IMG/VR virus record: IMGVR_UViG_3300028833_002727
Source of the DNA: a virus
Taxonomy: Duplodnaviria; Heunggongvirae; Uroviricota; Caudoviricetes
Length of the DNA: 64,000 nt
Reading direction: 5' to 3' (one strand)
Made by a program: the position numbers and the translations under genes. The notes under the pieces were generated by a model. The model worked only from the letters and a program-made list of their open reading frames with translations, ran no database searches and was not told the DNA's origin. Of this stretch, positions 58,632-64,000 are shown piece after piece. Each line of letters starts with the position of its first letter. Position 1 is the first letter of the stretch.

Positions 58632-58979
58632 ATGAAAACTTTACGATTTTTTAAACAGGATTACAAATGGTACGCTGATGTATCAAATCATACGTTAGAA
58701 GATAACGAAATGGTGTTCGGAAGTGACACCATGCTTGATATATTTGCAGGTGGTAAAGAAAGTGTAACACTTCAACTATCAGATGATTTTGAAGATGGTT
58801 ACGAGAAGCCAATGCTTGCATTACACCGCAAAGAGCATGATGATGATGGAGCATTTTATGGTGTGGAAGTGTTGACAACTATATTTCGTGGTGAATTATC
58901 AGATATATGGATTTGCAACGTGACACACGATGTATTTGGTGAACACCCAGAAGATATTTACATTTACAGTATTGAGTAA
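58632..58979 (+). CDS. Hypothetical protein
   Basis: ORF. Confidence 0.4.
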   Translation: MKTLRFFKQDYKWYADVSNHTLEDNEMVFGSDTMLDIFAGGKESVTLQLSDDFEDGYEKPMLALHRKEHDDDGAFYGVEVLTTIFRGELSDIWICNVTHDVFGEHPEDIYIYSIE

Positions 58980-59010
58980 GTGTAAGAAAAATAACACGAG
59001 TGATAAATAG

Positions 59011-59259
59011 TTGGTAAAAATGACATTAAAAGAAATAGTACAAGGCACTGCTGATTTAAGTTGCGTACTTTCTGGTGGTATTGCTGTATATATATTAACA
59101 GACGTTAACGGAAAGAAATATCAAATTGAAATTGATTTGTCAGATAGGCATGATGTTGGCGAAACTGCCACGTTTGCTCTTCACTACGATAAAGCGATTT
59201 ATTTGATGCGTTGGATTAGACGTGCTATGGAACATGATAAACTAATTGCATTAGATTAA
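59011..59259 (+). CDS. Hypothetical protein
   Basis: ORF. Confidence 0.4.
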   Translation: MVKMTLKEIVQGTADLSCVLSGGIAVYILTDVNGKKYQIEIDLSDRHDVGETATFALHYDKAIYLMRWIRRAMEHDKLIALD

Positions 59260-59623
59260 ATGGGGCTGTTTGGCTTTGACTGGAAGATTGATACGATTGT
59301 AAGCATGTAGAGAATGAGAAATCTCTTTAAAAGACTTGACAACACAATAAATGGCGAAAGAACTTACGCTCTTGCTGCTTAATCGAAGCACAGTAGATTA
59401 ACTTTTTCAGATGCAAGGCATTTGAGCAAGACATCACTCCAAGCCGAGTCTGTGGGCTTAATGGATATAGTGGTGCTGGAATACATAGAATAGATGTTAC
59501 ATGCTGTGATGTAATGTTGAAGTTTTAGCAGATAAGGTGACTTTTGATGGTTTGAGTCGTATAGTCGCTCGAAAATCTAAATCAAACTAAACATGTAGAA
59601 AGCGAAAATATTACTTGCAACAC

Positions 59624-59650
59624 ACGGGTTCGACTCCCGTCAGCTCCACC
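59624..59650 (+). other. Isolated tRNA 3' fragment (T-arm plus acceptor 3' strand plus CC)
   Basis: ACGGG-TTCGACT-CCCGT-CAGCTCC-A-CC. No complementary 5' half in the window. Confidence 0.4.
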
Positions 59651-59655
59651 TACAT

Positions 59656-59729
59656 TCTCTCATAGCTCAACTGCATAGAGCACATTTCTCCTAAAAATGG
59701 GGTTCCGAGTTGAAGTCTCGGTGGGAGAG
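59656..59729 (+). tRNA. tRNA-Arg(CCU) with a non-standard T-loop TTGAAGT
   Basis: TCTCTCA/TGGGAGA. GCTC-AACTGCATA-GAGC. CATTT-CTCCTAA-AAATG. CCGAG-TTGAAGT-CTCGG. Confidence 0.6.
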
Positions 59730-59748
59730 CAAAAATTTTTATTTTATA

Positions 59749-60359
59749 TGGCAGAAAACAAAGATTGGACTGGCAATAGTCGTTCGGTATATGGAACAAT
59801 CGGAGCAAGCAATCATACAGAAGGTGAACGCGAGGAAAATGACTATTACGCAACATCGCCGATTGCGATGGAGTTGATATTAGAGAAAGAATCATTTAAT
59901 AAAGACATTTGGGAGTGTGCAGCAGGTGGAGGACACTTATCAAAGGTATTACGCAAACATGGACACAATGTTCGTTGCAGTGATATTATAGATAGAACTG
60001 GTGACACTGAAATACTTGACTTTTTGACGTACAAAGGTACATGGGATGGTGATGTTGTTACCAATCCGCCTTACAAATACGCTCAAGAGTTTGTTGAAAA
60101 GGCATTAGAGATAGTTCCAGATGGTAACAAAGTAGCAATGTATCTTAAACTTACTTTTCTGGAAGGTAAGAAGCGTCAAAAGATGTTCAAGAAATATCCA
60201 CCTAAATACGTTTATGTTGCCGCAGGGCGTATGGGGTGTGCCAAAAATGGTGAGTTTTCTGATATGGAACATGAATATGAAGCGGGCGCAGTGGCATTTG
60301 CCTGGTTTATATGGGAAAAAGGTTACAAAGGTGAGCCAATAATAAGGTGGTTTAATTAA
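59749..60359 (+). CDS. N6-adenine DNA methyltransferase (small; motif I before motif IV)
   Basis: ECAAGGGHL (motif I) and VVTNPPY (motif IV). The start is placed downstream of the tRNA overlap. Confidence 0.7.
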
Positions 60360-60394
60360 AATCTTGGAGAAATCTGAGATTTTTTTTTTATTTT

Positions 60395-60430
60395 TTTTTG
60401 GTTATTTGAAAAAAAAGTATTACCTTTGCA
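60395..60430 (+). promoter_or_regulatory. Promoter repeat copy 5, driving the TonB-dependent receptor gene
   Basis: TTTG at 60397-60400 and TAccTTTG at 60421-60428. It shares TTTGGTTATTTGAAAAAAAAG with copies 1-4. Confidence 0.6.
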
Positions 60431-60456
60431 GCAGAATTTAAAAAACAATGTAAAAT

Positions 60457-62580
60457 ATGAAGAAAATTTTTGTCTTTCTGATCGGAATTTTGTTTTCCGT
60501 ACAAGCGTTTTCTCAGGTTAACGACACAATCAAAAACCTGACACTGGATGAGGTAACAGTTACCTCGATGTATCGTTCTAACACCACCGACATGGATGAG
60601 TTGAAGGTTGACGTTATCAACCATGTAAATGTCGGACAGGAACCGTCTCACATGTTTAAAACTATGCCGTCTATCTATGCGCGTAGCGATAACGGTACGG
60701 AGTTTGGTTATGGTTACTACTATATTCGTGGTTTGGATCAGACTCGTATTAACGTAACATTGGATGGTATGCCGTGGAATGAGGGCGAAGACTTTGGTAC
60801 TTATTTTGCAAACTCCCCGGATTTAATGGCAAGTATGCACAGTGCAAAGGTTGAGCGTGGTACAAGTTCAAAAACGAATGGTGTATCAGCAGCAGCAGGT
60901 AATGTTAACTTGGAGTCCGTAAATTTGCGCCAGGACACGCTTTCTTATGTCCAAGGTATGTACGGTGGGGATAACACCTATAAAGCCAGCGTAGTGTACA
61001 ATATGGGGCTTAAAAAGGGTTTTGGATTACACCTTAAAGCCACTACAAGCCATACGGATGGTTATCGTAGTAATAGTTGGAATAATTCACATGCGTTTAC
61101 TGCTAAATTTGGCTACTATTTCAATGATAGACACTCGATTGATGTGTTAAGCATTAACGGTTATCATAGTAACTGTCAGGGATGGATTGGCTCAACAAAA
61201 GCAGAGTTGGACAACGACGCGCGTGCCAATGGTAACACAAAAGATGAAACTGATAACTGGATTCAGACTGTTAATAAAATCCAATATAAGGGTTGGTTGA
61301 CTGACAACACACTGTTGAGTGCATCTGTATATCTCCAATATCAAACAGGTAGTTATCGTTTCGACCATGATAATTATTGCTATCATGCTATTCTTGCAAC
61401 TCCATATACAGACGATGGCGGAGTATATCATCCATATGGTGATTGGGCTGTGAATCCTGGTACAATTTATGATTACGGATTGACACATTATTTGTATGGT
61501 GGTAACGTAGTTGCACGTAGTACTGTTGGCATATTTGACATCTATGGCGGTGTAAACGCATATGGCTTCCAACGTGAGCATTTTATGGATGAGCGTAATA
61601 AATCCCATTGGAAAAATGTTCATGTTTCGGAATACTATGATAACATTGGTTATAAAACCGATATTAACGTATTCGCAGGTACAACAGCACACCTTGGTAA
61701 TTGGACACTTGGCGCGAATTTACAATACCGTCATGTTGATTTCTCTTATACAGATAAAATGAACAATGTACATTTATCTAGTGGTGACATGAAAACTAAT
61801 TGGAATTTCGTAAATGGTGGTGTTGACATTACCTATAATATCAATAAAAATCATCATATATATGCAAAATTAGCAGTATCTAATCGTGAGCCGATGCGTA
61901 GTGATATGTTCGATGGTAATGAACGTATATATCCTGATTCTTCGGGTGATATTAAATTTACTAATGAACTTAAATCAGAATTAGTACATGATGTGGAACT
62001 TGGATGGGAAGGTAAAGGTTCTATCTTTAAAGCGAACGTGAACCTCTATTACATGCATTTCAAGAATGAGTTAATTCTGAATGGTAATCTTGGTTCGAAC
62101 GGACTCCCTGGGCACGTAAATGCAGATAACAGTTTCCGTACTGGTGCAGAGGTATCGTTTGATGTTGAACCCGTAAAAGGTTTACACTTTGTAAATTCTA
62201 CATCTTATGCCTATGGAAAAGTGAACAAAGCGAATGTATGTAACAATGCTACTCACATTTTCTTCCCTGCATGGACGTTGTTCCAAGATATTCACTATGA
62301 TACGAAAGTTGGTGATGTAGCGGTTACTGTAGGCGCTAACTATGACTTGCGTAGTAAAATCTACCTTGATTTGGATAACCAATATTCGTTGCCTACCAAT
62401 ATGGCACTTAACGTATATGGTAGTCTTACATTCCGCGATAGAATTGAGTTGTCGTTGCACCTCAACAATATCACAAATCATGTGAATTACTCTTATGGTA
62501 GTGTGAATGGTAATGGTGACATTCTGTACGTACAGGAGTCTAAATTCAACTGCCTTGGTAGTGTAAAGTTCTACTTCTAA
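60457..62580 (+). CDS. TonB-dependent outer-membrane receptor
   Basis: Signal peptide. Plug-domain motif IRGLDQTRINVTLDGMPWN. Long beta-barrel region. C-terminal aromatic residue F. Confidence 0.8.
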   Translation: MKKIFVFLIGILFSVQAFSQVNDTIKNLTLDEVTVTSMYRSNTTDMDELKVDVINHVNVGQEPSHMFKTMPSIYARSDNGTEFGYGYYYIRGLDQTRINVTLDGMPWNEGEDFGTYFANSPDLMASMHSAKVERGTSSKTNGVSAAAGNVNLESVNLRQDTLSYVQGMYGGDNTYKASVVYNMGLKKGFGLHLKATTSHTDGYRSNSWNNSHAFTAKFGYYFNDRHSIDVLSINGYHSNCQGWIGSTKAELDNDARANGNTKDETDNWIQTVNKIQYKGWLTDNTLLSASVYLQYQTGSYRFDHDNYCYHAILATPYTDDGGVYHPYGDWAVNPGTIYDYGLTHYLYGGNVVARSTVGIFDIYGGVNAYGFQREHFMDERNKSHWKNVHVSEYYDNIGYKTDINVFAGTTAHLGNWTLGANLQYRHVDFSYTDKMNNVHLSSGDMKTNWNFVNGGVDITYNINKNHHIYAKLAVSNREPMRSDMFDGNERIYPDSSGDIKFTNELKSELVHDVELGWEGKGSIFKANVNLYYMHFKNELILNGNLGSNGLPGHVNADNSFRTGAEVSFDVEPVKGLHFVNSTSYAYGKVNKANVCNNATHIFFPAWTLFQDIHYDTKVGDVAVTVGANYDLRSKIYLDLDNQYSLPTNMALNVYGSLTFRDRIELSLHLNNITNHVNYSYGSVNGNGDILYVQESKFNCLGSVKFYF

Positions 62581-62590
62581 ACAGGAAAAT

Positions 62591-62848
62591 ATGAACGGAT
62601 TTGTAGAAATCTCATACAGAACTAAACAAATTATCTCGGCAAAATGTTCGGAAGATGATATGTATGTACATTGCCAATGTGGAGGTTCTGATGCGCGAGA
62701 AGCAACTGATGAAGAGGTTAAGGAAAACGCAGATTACTACGCTACTCATGGTGAATGCAAATTTCATATTTTTGAAGACACCCCCACTGGGTGTGGATAC
62801 TATAGCAGAGACTGTTTAGTTTGCGGACGACATATTGGTTTAATTTAA
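62591..62848 (+). CDS. Hypothetical Cys-rich protein
   Basis: ORF containing CQCGG and CLVCGRH. Confidence 0.35.
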   Translation: MNGFVEISYRTKQIISAKCSEDDMYVHCQCGGSDAREATDEEVKENADYYATHGECKFHIFEDTPTGCGYYSRDCLVCGRHIGLI

Positions 62849-62861
62849 AAAGTGAAATAAT

Positions 62862-63980
62862 ATGGGAAAATTTACTTCATGGGATATAGGTGTTGTTTTC
62901 GGGGGTTATTGCCCAATGCATCAAGGGCACCTCGAAGCAATCCTTAAAGCCAAAAAAGAATGCCGTAACGTATTCGTTGTGGTATGTGGATACAATAACG
63001 AACCTCGTGCGAAAGAACTTGGTTTAACACACGAAGAACGTGTTAAATTGATAACTGATTACTTCAAAGGTGATGAGGTAATCCAGGTAATCAGTGTCAA
63101 TGATGACGAGTTACATATCGACCAGAGTGAATCCGACGCAAATTGGAAAATTTGGGTACGTGCGGTTCGTGAACAAATTTTTGAGTTTGGTGAAGGTGAC
63201 GATGATGTATTCTTCTATGTTGGAGAACAACGTTACTATGACGCAATGATGCGTATTTGGAAGGGTAGTTACAATATACCTATTCTTGTTGGATTGAATG
63301 AGAATGGTGAGCGTATCAACGATATTTCCGCTACTAAGTTGCGCCAACATCCACAGAAGTATTGGAACAAAATTCTTCCTCCGTTCAAGGAAAAATTGAC
63401 GAAACGTATCCTTATCACTGGTACAGCGTCTGAGGGTAAAACCACTATGGTTAAAGACTTGGCACGTTATTTCCAGTGTCCGTACACTACCGAGTATGGG
63501 CGTGACTATATGGAAGCACGCAACATGAAGGATCCTGACTTGGGTTTCGAGGATTTCCTAAATTTCATTGTAGGACAAAACCAGTATTACTATAATGCTC
63601 TGAAATCCCCTGCTAACAATGGTATTATTATCTCTGATACTGATAACCTTGTTACTCTTATGTATGCAAGAGCATATGTAGATAATCCAGAAATGAAAAT
63701 CAACGGTAAAGATTATCTTGCATTGTACAATTGTGTAGAGCAGTGCAAAGACAATATCACGTGGGATAAGATTTTCGTTCTTCCTCCAACAAAAGGATTT
63801 GTTGATGACGGTAGCCGTTATATGGGGCAATCAAGTCTGAAAGAGCGTCAAGCCAACTTTGATAAACTTATGAAGTTGATTGAAGATTTTGGTTTGATGG
63901 ACAAAGTAGAAGTCCTCTATAGTGATTTTTCACACAATTTCCAACACGTTAAAGAATATATTGAAAGTTTGTATGTTTGA
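62862..63980 (+). CDS. NadR-like bifunctional NMN adenylyltransferase / ribosylnicotinamide kinase, without the HTH
   Basis: N-terminal (H/T)xGH nucleotidyltransferase motif GYCPMHQGH. C-terminal P-loop ITGTASEGKTT. Confidence 0.7.
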   Translation: MGKFTSWDIGVVFGGYCPMHQGHLEAILKAKKECRNVFVVVCGYNNEPRAKELGLTHEERVKLITDYFKGDEVIQVISVNDDELHIDQSESDANWKIWVRAVREQIFEFGEGDDDVFFYVGEQRYYDAMMRIWKGSYNIPILVGLNENGERINDISATKLRQHPQKYWNKILPPFKEKLTKRILITGTASEGKTTMVKDLARYFQCPYTTEYGRDYMEARNMKDPDLGFEDFLNFIVGQNQYYYNALKSPANNGIIISDTDNLVTLMYARAYVDNPEMKINGKDYLALYNCVEQCKDNITWDKIFVLPPTKGFVDDGSRYMGQSSLKERQANFDKLMKLIEDFGLMDKVEVLYSDFSHNFQHVKEYIESLYV

Positions 63981-64000
63981 GAACATGTCGAAGTGGGCAA

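Noticed and set aside
60360-60460. Prophage-host junction at ~60.4 kb
   Set aside because: The GC shift is real, but the TonB receptor gene carries the same extended promoter repeat as the phage tRNA genes, and no att duplication flanks it. It is kept as a finding to be checked, not called a junction.
1-64000. Global TAG (amber) recoding of the genome
   Set aside because: All large structural and enzyme ORFs are intact in the standard code and mostly end in TAA. The suppressor tRNA(CUA) is therefore not evidence for recoding within this window.

Overview
This is an AT-rich (~30-33% GC) phage genome segment that infects a Bacteroidetes-type host. The host assignment rests on five near-identical copies of a TTTG/TAnnTTTG promoter and an L-T-S-C lipobox.

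Layout:
- 1-20.2 kb: plus-strand structural module. It starts with a CDS truncated at the window's 5' edge and includes a 1606-aa tail fibre with collagen-like triplets, tandem SHAEG (Phage_fiber_2-type) repeats and a C-terminal S74 intramolecular-chaperone domain.
- 20.2-28 kb: minus-strand early-like block with a metallophosphoesterase, a beta-class DNA methyltransferase, a MazG-like protein, an NfeD-like membrane protein and small ORFs.
- 28-34.7 kb: plus-strand block with an AAA+ ATPase, a Thg1-like 3'-5' nucleotidyltransferase and an SPFH/flotillin.
- 34.7-59.8 kb: a ~25 kb RNA-gene island with about 35 tRNA genes and about 10 aberrant tRNA-like elements. Free-standing homing-endonuclease genes (5 HNH and 1 Zn-finger/Vsr-like) are interleaved with the tRNAs, each sitting directly upstream of a tRNA.
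- 59.7-64 kb: a second methyltransferase, a TonB-dependent receptor driven by the phage promoter repeat, and a NadR-like NMN adenylyltransferase/ribosylnicotinamide kinase.

Most unusual signals, all in the tRNA island:
- a tRNA-Leu(UAA) split by a ~683-nt group-I-like intron at the canonical U34/A35 site;
- two tRNAs with ~100-nt insertions in the anticodon loop;
- two loci where a tRNA 3' half lies upstream of its complementary 5' half (permuted arrangement) inside a conserved leader/trailer inverted-repeat frame;
- families of repeated hairpin and leader motifs in ORF-free structured stretches;
- a putative amber-suppressor tRNA(CUA);
- a tRNA repair/translation toolkit (Thg1-like enzyme, P-loop kinase, Pth2-like hydrolase) encoded alongside the tRNA arsenal.

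All coordinates and tRNA folds were worked out by eye and need software confirmation.
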